A stretch of DNA of 64,000 bases from Candidatus Gastranaerophilales bacterium (GCA_028277625.1 JANQFW010000042.1:2675-66674), one strand, 5' to 3'. Positions 25,906-35,649 are shown, counted from the first letter of the stretch. Notes: a model not told the origin generated them from the sequence alone. Program-made: numbers and translations.

Positions 25906-26643
25906 TTACAGTGGTTTTTTTTTGGGTAATCCTGTTCGTCTTGGATATTTATCTGGTGTGATAGATTTTTTTTGGACTATAATTAAATTTCTTGTTATTG
26001 AGTCTTTTTCTGGAAGTTTGTAGTCTATTTTTTTAATAAATTCACCGCCCAAAATATGCAACGCATTTTGAGATTCTAACAATTCGTCATTAACACTGAA
26101 TGCTTTGTATGCAATAAAATAACCATCTTTTTTAACGAATGGTAGACAATACTCAGACAAAGCATTCAGTTTGCCAACTGCTCTTGAGACACATACGTCG
26201 AATAGTTCTCTATAATTAGCATTTCTTGCCAGCTCTTCTGAGCGAGTGTTTAAAATTTCTATTTTATTTGGCAAGCTTATTTTTGTGAGTAGCTCTTCTA
26301 AAAATTTTGTTTTTTTGCCAACAGAATCAACTGCGCATATTTCTAAATTTGGAAAAACTATTGCAAGTGCAAATGAAGGAAACCCCCCACCTGTACCTAT
26401 ATCTATTAACTTACTAGGTTTATCAAAATTTAGGTAGTTAGTAACCAAGCCAAAAGAGAGTGAGTCTATGAAATGCTTGACAAAGACTGTGTCGATCTTG
26501 GCATCACTCACTATGTTAGTATGGAAATTATATTCATTCAAAAATTCCCAGTATTTGTAAAAATTATCAAGCTGCTCTTGCGATAATGCAATATTAAACG
26601 ATTGCGCTGATTCTTGCAGAAAATTTAGTTTATCTTGCTTCAT
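25906..26643 (-). CDS. rsmG: 16S rRNA (guanine527-N7)-methyltransferase RsmG (GidB)
   Basis: 245 aa. SAM motif IDIGTGGGFPSFALAIVFP and a C-terminal RNLIIVQK block. The start overlaps the upstream ATPase-TPR stop by 14 nt. Confidence 0.9.
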   Translation of the reverse strand: MKQDKLNFLQESAQSFNIALSQEQLDNFYKYWEFLNEYNFHTNIVSDAKIDTVFVKHFIDSLSFGLVTNYLNFDKPSKLIDIGTGGGFPSFALAIVFPNLEICAVDSVGKKTKFLEELLTKISLPNKIEILNTRSEELARNANYRELFDVCVSRAVGKLNALSEYCLPFVKKDGYFIAYKAFSVNDELLESQNALHILGGEFIKKIDYKLPEKDSITRNLIIVQKKSITPDKYPRRTGLPKKKPL

Positions 26644-29167
26644 TTTTCCTTTTAATTTCTTTTAAATATTCGTTAAATTTTTTCTCACCTAGTTCATTAA
26701 ATAATAATCGGAGCTTTCTTTCAATTCTTTCTTTTGAATCTGTTGAGATTGTTTTGCCTAAAACCTTTTGTGCTCTGATAAAAAACTTTAGAGTATTGGC
26801 ATATTGTTTTATATTTAGATAATATTCACCTACATCTAAATAAGCTCGTGATATCCAATAAGGATCATTTGATGATTTAGCTATTTTTATTTCTTCGTTA
26901 AAGCACTTTATGGCTGCTGAATGATTTTCCTTTTCATAATAAATATTACCAAGAATTGAATATGTTTTAAATAAGCCTTCGTAGTTATTATTATTTTGAT
27001 CAACCAATAATGATTTTTTATAAAAATGAATAGCTTTTTCCAGATCATTTTTTTCATCAAAAATAGATGCAAGGTTAAAATAAGAGTCTGACAAGTTGGG
27101 ATTATTTTCTGAATTTGTTATTTGCGTATTGAGCTTATAATATTTTAAAGCTTTTGGAGGCTGCTTTATATCATCGTAGATTAAAGCTAAATTAAAATAT
27201 AATAATGCTTTTACTTTGTCATCGAGTTTTGCATCTTTAATTGCTTCTACTAAATGATAGTATTTTAAGGCATTATCATAATCTTTTTTGTAGCTATAAA
27301 TATTAGCTATACCTAAAAGTGTACTAGCTAAAAGCATATCTGGCATGTGGTGTTGAAAATTTAGCATTTCATTATAAATATTCAATGCGTTGTTGTGCTT
27401 GTAGCTGGCCATATAAATTTCTGCCAGCTGGGTTTGACATTCAAGCATGAAGTCAAGCTCACCTGTGGCTGAAGAAATATTTATAGCTTTTTGCAGATGA
27501 TTAATGGCCTCTTCTTTTTTGCGTTGAGAATATAAGGATTGTGACAAATTTTTATACTGCACCGCAAAATTTTGCTCATTAGAGCTATTATCTGGCAATT
27601 GTGGCACATTTAGATGCTGAACTTCTGCATCTTTTAAGCTATTTAATTCCGCTAAATTATCAGCTTGCATTATAGAGTTGATTGCTTCATTCTGAAACGA
27701 GTCGGCATCCAAAAGTTTCAATTCATCTTGAGTTAATTGTGCAACTATATCTTCCTCTATTTGACTAGCTATCTCATTTACGGATTGATTATCTTGTACT
27801 AGCTCATTATTTTTAGTGGGCAAAACTTGCATATTAGCTATATCATAAAATTCTGGGCTATATTGTTCTTGTAGGGATGAATATATTAACAATTCCGGCG
27901 AGAACTCTTTTTTTATTCCTGTTGCGCGAGGTGTTTTTATTACGCCATTGTTAAATAAATAATTATAGTGATAATATTGCTCTGTATGCATGAGCTTACG
28001 TGATATTGGGATGGTTCTTTCTTTTAGTGTTTTTGAAATTTCCTTGGTGTAAAGATTATAGATAAACTTATGGTGCTCTATTTGCTTTTCTTTGGGGATT
28101 AAATTAATTATTATGTTTTTTATGTAGTCTTTTACGCAATAAGAGTCATTAGCATAGGCAATAAGTTTAGTTGACTTTAGATAATCAAGCTGATCTTGAA
28201 GGTTGGTTATGGTAAATATATTTTTAATTGAATGGGTTTTAAGTGGATGTCTGATTAGCGTTAGGACGTGCAGTACGTTTTTTTGACTATCTGATAAAGA
28301 ATTATAAAAATCCTTTATAATAAAATCATCAAAAGCGTCTTCTTGCATAAAGTAATTTTTAGCCAGGTCAAACGGCTCAATCTTCATTAAATTTAGTGCA
28401 TTAACAAACCATAATAAAGTTTCTGGGTAGCCGTGTGTGATTTCGTAAATTTTTGGGAGCAGATGGTCGGGAATGTCTTTTGATATTTGCTTTAAAAAAT
28501 TTATAGACTGCTCTTTATCGAGTCCACTTAGCTTTATATCATTAATAAACTCGTTTCTTATACCAATATTAGAAATGGGTATATGCTGACCTGCAATTAG
28601 CAGTTTGAGGTCAGGCACTGATGCTAGGTACCTTAAAAATACTAATATGTCTTCTTTAATTTCTGTATTATCTTTTATTAGGCGATCAAAATCATCTATC
28701 GTTACTAACAAAGGTCTCTTTAAGGTCTTTAAATAACTGAAAAGCTTTTCATCTATGCTGTTGTTTATATTATTTATGTCAGTACGTTTAGTTTCTTTTA
28801 TTTCAAGCTTTTTATTAAAAAAATTATAAAAAGATAAAATTATATCATCAAGGTTAGTAATTGCCGAGCAGGTATAATAAAAATGCAAAACCTGGTTATC
28901 TACAAACTTATTAACTGCTCTTATCAAGGTTGTTTTGCCAACACCCTGCAAGCCCCTGACAAATATTAGTTTTTCTTTGCCGGAGTTAAGAGTTTCCAAT
29001 ATATCAAGGATAATGTCTTTTCTGTCTGACAAAGTGTAGAGCATGTCTGTGCTGGCTTTGTTAAAGCGCGCGAGTTTACAAAGTTGCTTAAACTCTTTAT
29101 TGTCATACTCTTGGTATGAATTTATTTTTGCTAATATGTTTTTGTTAACAAAAGTATTTTTCGACAT
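26630..29167 (-). CDS. P-loop NTPase (AAA/STAND-like) fused to C-terminal TPR array
   Basis: 845 aa. Walker A VRGLQGVGKTTL. Walker B-like PLLVTIDDFDRL. A helical middle region. At least 6 TPR units in the last ~300 aa (e.g. YDNALKYYHLVEAI, PPKALKYYKLNTQI, LEKAIHFYKKSLLV). Confidence 0.65.
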   Translation of the reverse strand: MSKNTFVNKNILAKINSYQEYDNKEFKQLCKLARFNKASTDMLYTLSDRKDIILDILETLNSGKEKLIFVRGLQGVGKTTLIRAVNKFVDNQVLHFYYTCSAITNLDDIILSFYNFFNKKLEIKETKRTDINNINNSIDEKLFSYLKTLKRPLLVTIDDFDRLIKDNTEIKEDILVFLRYLASVPDLKLLIAGQHIPISNIGIRNEFINDIKLSGLDKEQSINFLKQISKDIPDHLLPKIYEITHGYPETLLWFVNALNLMKIEPFDLAKNYFMQEDAFDDFIIKDFYNSLSDSQKNVLHVLTLIRHPLKTHSIKNIFTITNLQDQLDYLKSTKLIAYANDSYCVKDYIKNIIINLIPKEKQIEHHKFIYNLYTKEISKTLKERTIPISRKLMHTEQYYHYNYLFNNGVIKTPRATGIKKEFSPELLIYSSLQEQYSPEFYDIANMQVLPTKNNELVQDNQSVNEIASQIEEDIVAQLTQDELKLLDADSFQNEAINSIMQADNLAELNSLKDAEVQHLNVPQLPDNSSNEQNFAVQYKNLSQSLYSQRKKEEAINHLQKAINISSATGELDFMLECQTQLAEIYMASYKHNNALNIYNEMLNFQHHMPDMLLASTLLGIANIYSYKKDYDNALKYYHLVEAIKDAKLDDKVKALLYFNLALIYDDIKQPPKALKYYKLNTQITNSENNPNLSDSYFNLASIFDEKNDLEKAIHFYKKSLLVDQNNNNYEGLFKTYSILGNIYYEKENHSAAIKCFNEEIKIAKSSNDPYWISRAYLDVGEYYLNIKQYANTLKFFIRAQKVLGKTISTDSKERIERKLRLLFNELGEKKFNEYLKEIKRKNEAR

Positions 29168-29340
29168 GATGCCTATAATAATATATTTTATAATTGCATT
29201 TATATAGTATATAATACTTTTTAAAAAGATAAAAGGGGTGAGCCTATCTTAAAAAAAATAGTTGCAAAGTGGATTCGATATTGATAAGATATATGAGTAA
29301 TTATGCTATGAATTTATAGCTAAGTTGGGGAGTAAATATT

Positions 29341-29595
29341 ATGTTATTGGATAATCAAGTATCTTTTGAACATTTAATCAGTACATTTGCAACATCAGGA
29401 ATGATTGGTTTGGGTAAAATACCTAACCCTGCCACAAACGAAATTGAAAAAAATCTGGATCAAGCAAAGTTTTCTATTGACACATTAGTGCTACTAGAAG
29501 AAAAAACTAAGGGAAACCTTACTGATGATGAAGAAAGATTTTTGAAAAATACCATAGGTACATTGCAAATGAACTATGTTCAAGAGTCTCAATAA
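29341..29595 (+). CDS. DUF1844 domain protein
   Basis: 84 aa. GLGKIPNPATNEIEKNLDQAKFSIDTLVLLEEKTKGNLTDDEERFL matches the DUF1844 pattern (NP.TG...dL..Ak..IDlL..L.eKTKGNL...E). Confidence 0.7.
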   Translation: MLLDNQVSFEHLISTFATSGMIGLGKIPNPATNEIEKNLDQAKFSIDTLVLLEEKTKGNLTDDEERFLKNTIGTLQMNYVQESQ

Positions 29596-29715
29596 ATTTT
29601 TATCTGTTGAATTAGAGCGAATAGTTACAACCACGCAAACGCAAGGCCAAAAGTGAACTATATTTAACTTGATAAACATTTATTTTTAAATTATATTATA
29701 TTTGCAGATAAAAAT

Positions 29716-29789
<74 letters not shown>

Positions 29790-29822
29790 TTTTTTCTATT
29801 ATAAAAAAAGAGGTATAAGAAA

Positions 29823-30260
29823 ATGAATGTAATAAAAGTTAAAAGAGTAGGGCTTAAGCCAGTGTCTGAAGAGTTTAAAAGAGAAGGGCAAGACTGTGAA
29901 AAAATATACCCTAATGGTATTCATATTCTAAAACAATCCCCTATAAAAAGAGCTTATCCTGAGGAAGCTCTAAATCTTAAAACTGAGGGCGGTCTTACTG
30001 CTAAACTTGAAGTAAGAAAAATGACAGAAGATTTTATGAAATTTAAAAAGGGTAAAGTATTTCTAAGCTTATTATTTCCGATCTCTCATAATGAAAGTGA
30101 AAAAGTACTTAACATAGGAATGTTTGAAGAGGGTGAAAAAGGCTTTAAAAACTTTGCATTTAATCTTTTTGAACAAGCAAAAAAATTTCAAAATCCTACT
30201 ATTGATCAAATCGAAAGCTTAGGCAAAAAACTATTTGCGGAAATAAAAAAAGCGAAATAA
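29823..30260 (+). CDS. Hypothetical protein
   Basis: 145 aa. AGAGG upstream. No recognisable motif. A strong terminator follows. Confidence 0.5.
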   Translation: MNVIKVKRVGLKPVSEEFKREGQDCEKIYPNGIHILKQSPIKRAYPEEALNLKTEGGLTAKLEVRKMTEDFMKFKKGKVFLSLLFPISHNESEKVLNIGMFEEGEKGFKNFAFNLFEQAKKFQNPTIDQIESLGKKLFAEIKKAK

Positions 30261-30338
30261 AATACTAAACAATTTATTCCATTAGTCTTAACAAAGACTC
30301 AAAATATTCTTACTACTAAATTAATTTTAAATAACAAA

Positions 30339-30375
30339 AGAGAGATTAGAAACATATCTAATAATCTCTCTTTTT
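30339..30375 (+). terminator. Rho-independent terminator
   Basis: AGAGAGATTA (30339-30348) pairs perfectly with TAATCTCTCT (30362-30371). TTTT follows. Confidence 0.65.
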
Positions 30376-30495
30376 AAAGCTTATTACAATCTTAAGAAAT
30401 TAGATAAGAAATATAAAAATATTTGATATAACTATTTTTTAAATTTAATGTTGGTGATTAAATGGTCATTATATAAGTTTATTTAAATGTAGAGT

Positions 30496-30768
30496 GTGAT
30501 TATGAGTGGAATAACCTTAGTAAAAGTAGGAAAAAATAGTTATATCAACCCCCAACATATAGTGAAAGTATCATCTTACAAAGATGCGTTTGATAAAACT
30601 GCACAAACCCGAATCCTCACTACTGACGGTTTCTCTACGCTTGTCCGAAAGCCTTTAGAATCAATTGTTAAAAAACTAATTGGCGAGAAAGAGGAAGCCT
30701 CGAAAGCAGGTGACTTTACTATCAAGGCAGGAAAAAAAGAAGGCTCTGTTCTGGATTTGACGGCTTAA
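30496..30768 (+). CDS. Hypothetical protein; possibly the 5' part of a frameshifted or recoded gene
   Basis: 90 aa. GTG at 30496 or ATG at 30502. An A7 run at 30732-30738 lies 28 nt before the stop. The -1 frame is open from 30714 to 30914 without any start codon. Confidence 0.45.
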   Translation: MIMSGITLVKVGKNSYINPQHIVKVSSYKDAFDKTAQTRILTTDGFSTLVRKPLESIVKKLIGEKEEASKAGDFTIKAGKKEGSVLDLTA

Positions 30769-31102
30769 CCACAGAAAAAAATCATGTACTCGGAGATTTA
30801 GGGTATTTTGAGCATGAAGATTGCCAAGGTTCAATAAAGAAATTGATAAAAAAACAGGCTACACTACTATTAGAAACAAATAAAGCTTTTTGGCGTGGGG
30901 CGATATTAAGCTAATTTTTCCTTCAGGTATTCTATCAGCTCCTTATCTAGCGTTTCAAGGTGAAAATTTAGCCATTCTTCTAAAGTTTTTGCTATAAGAA
31001 TTAAGTAAAATAGAGAAAATCATTTTTATTAAGTATCAATTGACAACAAATATATCTTTGTATTATTCTGGAATATAATAAATAGCAAGGGGGGATAAGT
31101 TA

Positions 31103-31264
31103 ATGTTAAAAACTGGTTTTACTGAGGTTAAAGCGCAAAATAAACTAAGTTGGAGACCTATCTTTACAAAGCACGGCAAAGATAACGGCAACTTATCCTT
31201 TAAAAACGTTGATTTAAACCAAAATAAAGCAAGTAAGTCCACAAAATTAGATTATAAAGCATAA
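31103..31264 (+). CDS. Small hypothetical ORF (53 aa)
   Basis: ATG preceded by AAGGGGGG with an 8-nt spacing. Below the track length cut-off. Product: MLKTGFTEVKAQNKLSWRPIFTKHGKDNGNLSFKNVDLNQNKASKSTKLDYKA. Confidence 0.3.
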   Translation: MLKTGFTEVKAQNKLSWRPIFTKHGKDNGNLSFKNVDLNQNKASKSTKLDYKA

Positions 31265-31308
31265 ATAAAACAGAAAAAATTTAATACCCATACTACAAGG
31301 GTGAGAGA

Positions 31309-32379
31309 GTGAGTATTAATCATTTATTTAGCAAGGTTACATATGGTAACTATTACTTGGCAAATAATAAATCAAAAGAAGCAACTGAAGAACCTACAGT
31401 TGCTATCTTAAGCAGTTTGAATTTTTGGAAAAGCAAGCAAAGTTCAAGCGACATTGTTGATCTAGGTATAAAAGACTCAAGGGGACTACTCGAGCAAAAA
31501 AAACCTGAAAGCGCACTAAAGAAATATCTTTATATTTATAAAAACTATAAAAATTTATTAGAACAAAAGGAAAAAGAAACAAAACTTTTGCAAGTCTTAA
31601 CGGGTATGGCAGAGTGCTACAAAGATTTGCGACAGTATAATTTGGCATTGCCTTACATTAAAGATGCTAAAGCTATATCAAAAAATCTTGATAATGCACT
31701 TAAGCTTGAAACAGAAATAAAAACAGAGTTAATCAAAAATCCACAAGTACGTAAAAACAAAAAAGAAAATATTAAAAAAGAGACTCTAAAAAAAGCGCAA
31801 AAATTAGTCGAAGATTATTCCCCCAAATATAAAAGTGCATTAAACGGGATAAATATAATTTATGATAAGCTACGACCCAATAACTATGCTGAATGGCGAG
31901 CGCCAGAAAAAACAATTGCTATAAGTGAAAGGTTTGCATTTTCACACCCAACGGTTGTAGCAGCTTACTTAGTTCACGAAACCATACATGCTGGAGATCG
32001 AGATAGTGTAGACTCTATTACAGAGGAACAATGCGCATACATAGAGGCAATAAAATTCTGGGAACAGAATAGAGGCTCAAATAACGAGCTTGAATTAGAT
32101 AGTCATACTGACCTATACAACAACAGCCCAGAAGACTTTAAGGAAAAAATAGAAAACTCTTATAACGAGACTTTATCACTAGGAAAATATTCCCCGGGAC
32201 ATGTTGAAAGAAAGTGGCGACATAATTGGAAGGCAATAACATATCAAGTTAAAGATCCTAACGAATACTGTGGACACAGAATTGAACTTTGCAATAGATT
32301 CAAGCAAATTCCATCCAACAAACAAAGAAATTTTTCCGCATCAGAGCCAACAAATTCTAAATTTAAAACTCTTGCATAG
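31309..32379 (+). CDS. Hypothetical protein with TPR-like N-region and HExxH motif (VHETIHAGD)
   Basis: 356 aa with a GTG start. The HExxH is followed by acidic residues (EEQCAYIEA). The peptidase assignment is speculative. Confidence 0.45.
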   Translation: MSINHLFSKVTYGNYYLANNKSKEATEEPTVAILSSLNFWKSKQSSSDIVDLGIKDSRGLLEQKKPESALKKYLYIYKNYKNLLEQKEKETKLLQVLTGMAECYKDLRQYNLALPYIKDAKAISKNLDNALKLETEIKTELIKNPQVRKNKKENIKKETLKKAQKLVEDYSPKYKSALNGINIIYDKLRPNNYAEWRAPEKTIAISERFAFSHPTVVAAYLVHETIHAGDRDSVDSITEEQCAYIEAIKFWEQNRGSNNELELDSHTDLYNNSPEDFKEKIENSYNETLSLGKYSPGHVERKWRHNWKAITYQVKDPNEYCGHRIELCNRFKQIPSNKQRNFSASEPTNSKFKTLA

Positions 32380-32532
32380 CAAAAATTTAGGATTATCTTT
32401 TCCCAAAATGGCAAAGGCTATATATGCAGCTTATATCAACAGATTGAAAGAGCCTGCTGAAGGAAGAAGGATAAAAAATTGACCTTATAAGATTATGCTT
32501 TAGATTGAAGCTTAATTCTATATCAAAATTAT

Positions 32533-32572
32533 AAAAAGCCTGACTTTAAATTCAAGAAAAGTCAGGCTTTTA
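32533..32572. terminator. Bidirectional terminator hairpin
   Basis: AGCCTGACTTT (32537-32547) pairs with AAAGTCAGGCT (32558-32568). It has an A-run upstream and a T-run downstream. It sits between convergent genes ending at 32379 (+) and 32590 (-). Confidence 0.7.
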
Positions 32573-32589
32573 AATTTTATTATTTTAAA

Positions 32590-34197
32590 TTACCTTACGT
32601 TCGTAAGCTCTTTTTCTTTTTGTTTTTCTTCTTCAATCATTGCATCTTGTAATTTGTCTTTGAAGACCTTTGCTCTCATTGCGTTCGCCTCACCAGACTT
32701 GACAATTCTGATCATATAACTGTCTAGATCTCTCTTGATCTCAGGTGCCATTAAGTAAAGCCCAATCATATTTGGTATAGCCATTGAGAAAAATAATGCG
32801 TCAGAAAAATCAACTACACTAGATAGGCTCATACAGGACCCTAGGATTATGAAAGTACAAAACATAATTTGATATACGGTTTCTGTAAATTTGTTTTCTC
32901 CAAATACGTATGTAAATGCTTTTTGTCCGTAGTATAGCCAAGTAATAGTAGTAGAAAGAGCAAATAATATAACAGCAATTCCTAATACAAAAGGGAACCA
33001 AGGCAATACACTTGCAAATGCAGCAGAAGTCAACTCAACACCGCCTATTTGACCATTAGTCTGGTAAGTACCTGTAATAATAATAATTAATGCTGTCATT
33101 GTACAAATTAGTACACTTGCAATGAATGGTTCTAAAAGAGCTACAAAACCTTCGGATACGGGTTCATCAGTTTTAACCGTAGAGTGAACAATCGGCGCAG
33201 AGCCTACACCCGCCTCACTTGAGAATGCGGAACGTTTGAAACCTATAATAATTGCTCCTATGACCCCACCTTTTACAGCCTGAGGAGCGAAAGCAGATTT
33301 GATAATTAGTAACAAAGTTGCAGGTATTTGTGTAAAATTTAATAAAAGAATGGCCACACCAGCTAAAAGATAAACTCCACACATAACAGGCACAACTTTT
33401 TCGGTTACTTTTGCAACGTATTTGATGCCACCACCAATCAGTATTAGTAAAACTGCTGATAACACAGCACCAAAGATCCAGCCATTGTTATAAAATATAC
33501 TGCTTTCTCCACCGGTTAAGTAAACAAGCTGGCTAGTAGCTTGATTAACCTGAAACATATTACCACCGCCAAAGCTTGAAAGTGCGCAGACAATAGCAAA
33601 AAAGAATGCTAAAAATGTACCAAACTTTGCTTTGCCCTGCTTTGCCAAGCCTTGCTTTAGATAGTACATTGGTCCACCCGAAATAGAACCATCTTCATTT
33701 ATTTTTCTATATTTAACACCCAGTGTGCATTCTGCAAATTTAGAGCTCATACCTAACAGTCCGCCGACTATCATCCATAAGGTTGCACCTGGACCACCTA
33801 TTGATATTGCTATAGCAACACCTGCTATACTACCAAGTCCTACTGTTCCAGATACGGCTGTAGCTAATGCCTGAAAGTGTGAAACCTCTCCGCTTGAGCT
33901 GTTATCGCTATATTTACCCATTACCAAATCAATGGCATGTTTAAAGCCTCTAATATTTATAAACTTTAAAAATACTGTAAAAAATAATGCTCCTGACATT
34001 AACCAAACAATGATAAGTGGTAGTTTGGCTCCATTAACATCCCATGAATAAAAAATTATGCTAGCCAACTTGTTTGAATAAGGGCTAACATATTGATTTA
34101 CTGTGCTATCTATTGCATTCAACGGTATATTAAATAATACCAGTACGCCAAAGCACACCGCAAATATCGTTATTACTGTTAAAATAGCTCTTATCAT
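32590..34197 (-). CDS. Alanine/glycine:cation symporter (AGCS family)
   Basis: 535 aa with about 11 TM segments. Contains GEVSHFQALATAVSGTVGLGSIAGVA, GGPGATLWM and FSSEAGVGSAPI, which are typical AGCS blocks. A charged C-terminal tail of about 50 aa. Confidence 0.9.
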   Translation of the reverse strand: MIRAILTVITIFAVCFGVLVLFNIPLNAIDSTVNQYVSPYSNKLASIIFYSWDVNGAKLPLIIVWLMSGALFFTVFLKFINIRGFKHAIDLVMGKYSDNSSSGEVSHFQALATAVSGTVGLGSIAGVAIAISIGGPGATLWMIVGGLLGMSSKFAECTLGVKYRKINEDGSISGGPMYYLKQGLAKQGKAKFGTFLAFFFAIVCALSSFGGGNMFQVNQATSQLVYLTGGESSIFYNNGWIFGAVLSAVLLILIGGGIKYVAKVTEKVVPVMCGVYLLAGVAILLLNFTQIPATLLLIIKSAFAPQAVKGGVIGAIIIGFKRSAFSSEAGVGSAPIVHSTVKTDEPVSEGFVALLEPFIASVLICTMTALIIIITGTYQTNGQIGGVELTSAAFASVLPWFPFVLGIAVILFALSTTITWLYYGQKAFTYVFGENKFTETVYQIMFCTFIILGSCMSLSSVVDFSDALFFSMAIPNMIGLYLMAPEIKRDLDSYMIRIVKSGEANAMRAKVFKDKLQDAMIEEEKQKEKELTNVR

Positions 34198-34475
34198 AAA
34201 TTCTTCCCTATCTAACCTACACTTTAGTAGACAAAACTTCCTAAGTATTCCACTCTTTCCTAAATTTTATTGGGCATTATATTTGCTTAAGCTTGATATA
34301 AGATATTACATTTAAAGATTTGCCCTTAAATTTTGCCTAACTACTCTTGTTATCTATAGCTCATGGTATAAAAGACAACAAGCTTTAATTTACCATAAAC
34401 ATTGATGTATTTTTGTAAACATTTGAATTATTATCTAAAATTATTAAAACAAGTAGAAATTTAAAATTGCTACAC

Positions 34476-34508
34476 AAAAAAGGAGTACTTTTCAGTACTA
34501 CCTTTTTT
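34476..34508 (-). terminator. Terminator hairpin downstream of the KamA-family gene
   Basis: AGGAGTACT (34481-34489) pairs with AGTACTACCT (34494-34503) with one bulge. A-run and T-run flanks. On the minus strand the hairpin is followed by TTTTTTG. Confidence 0.65.
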
Positions 34509-34542
34509 AATATTTTTAATTTTATATTTTTTCTTGTAAAAA

Positions 34543-35649
34543 TTAAGACACAGGCTCTAAATCATCTAACCAATAAGCATTGTCATCTCTTTTATATACA
34601 AATACTTTTCCAATTAAATCTGTATTTTGTGCTCTGTGGTACTTAAGATATATGTGTTTTTCATCTATGCCGATTATTTCAATTTTTCCGCTTGAATGTG
34701 ACATTACATATTTAGCTCTTATTGCTGTACCTGAAGCGTATTTTTTTGACTCTTCAAACATGAAGTAAGCCCTTGTCATTGACACTGCATATGGTTTATT
34801 TCCTGCTGTTGGCCTACATTGGAAGAGGTAATACGGTGCACATCCACTAAAGGCTAACTTGTTGTACAAATCAGCCAAAATGTTGGGATCATCGTTAACA
34901 CCTTTTAATATCGGACATTGATTACATAAGGTTACGCCTGCATCATTTAATGCTTGAATTGCATCTATTGCTTGAGGAGTAAGCTCATTTGGATGATCAA
35001 AGTGGGTCATTATGTATATTCTTGTTTCCGGGGCGCTATATTTTCTTAACATTCTAAGAAGCGCACCGTCTTCGGTTATGCGCATTGGGTTGAAAGATGG
35101 CATTTTTGAGCCAATTCTGATAATTTTTACATGTTCTATTGCATGCAATTCTTTAATTATGTATTCTAAATGTTCTGTTGATAATAATAATGGATCACCA
35201 CCTGTTAGTAAAACATTTGTTATTTCAGGGTGACTTTTAATGTATTCTATACCTTGTGTGGTATCCACAGCCACTTCTGCATTATCTTCCATAAAGAGAC
35301 GTTTTCTAAAACAATATCTACAAAAACCACCGCATGTTTCATTGCAAAGCAATAGTGCTGTATGCTTATACTTGTGCTGTACACCAGGAGCAACTGTTAT
35401 TGCTTTTTCATTGCAGGCGTCCAGTTTTCCATTATCGTCTAATTCTGCTGCATCAGGGATAATGATTCTTCTGATTGGATCATTTTCATTCTTCCAATCA
35501 ATTAAGCTTAGATAATAGTCATTTGCCCTAAAAGAATATTTATCACAAACACTTTCCAGCGCTTGTAGTTCTTTTGCGGTCAAACCAGCGACTTTGTCAA
35601 TGCCATTTACATATTTTACTGCATTTTTTTTACTCTCGATTTTAGCCAT
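34543..35649 (-). CDS. KamA-family radical SAM aminomutase (lysine 2,3-aminomutase-like)
   Basis: 368 aa. Contains VQHKYKHTALLLCNETCGGFCRYCFRKR (CxxxCxxC cluster), LLTGGDPL and HFDHPNELT. It is shorter than canonical KamA, so the substrate is unassigned. Confidence 0.85.
   Translation of the reverse strand: MAKIESKKNAVKYVNGIDKVAGLTAKELQALESVCDKYSFRANDYYLSLIDWKNENDPIRRIIIPDAAELDDNGKLDACNEKAITVAPGVQHKYKHTALLLCNETCGGFCRYCFRKRLFMEDNAEVAVDTTQGIEYIKSHPEITNVLLTGGDPLLLSTEHLEYIIKELHAIEHVKIIRIGSKMPSFNPMRITEDGALLRMLRKYSAPETRIYIMTHFDHPNELTPQAIDAIQALNDAGVTLCNQCPILKGVNDDPNILADLYNKLAFSGCAPYYLFQCRPTAGNKPYAVSMTRAYFMFEESKKYASGTAIRAKYVMSHSSGKIEIIGIDEKHIYLKYHRAQNTDLIGKVFVYKRDDNAYWLDDLEPVS

Noticed and set aside
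30911-31010. Stop-free stretch on the minus strand encoding ...LILIAKTLEEWLNFHLETLDKELIEYLKEKLA
   Set aside because: It has no start codon in frame after the upstream TGA and is only about 35 codons long. It could be a remnant but there is too little to support a feature.
34198-34542. Looked for a glycine riboswitch in the 5' leader of the AGCS symporter gene (minus strand)
   Set aside because: The leader lacks the conserved GGAGAG...ACCGAAGG cores. Only the KamA-gene terminator hairpin is evident.
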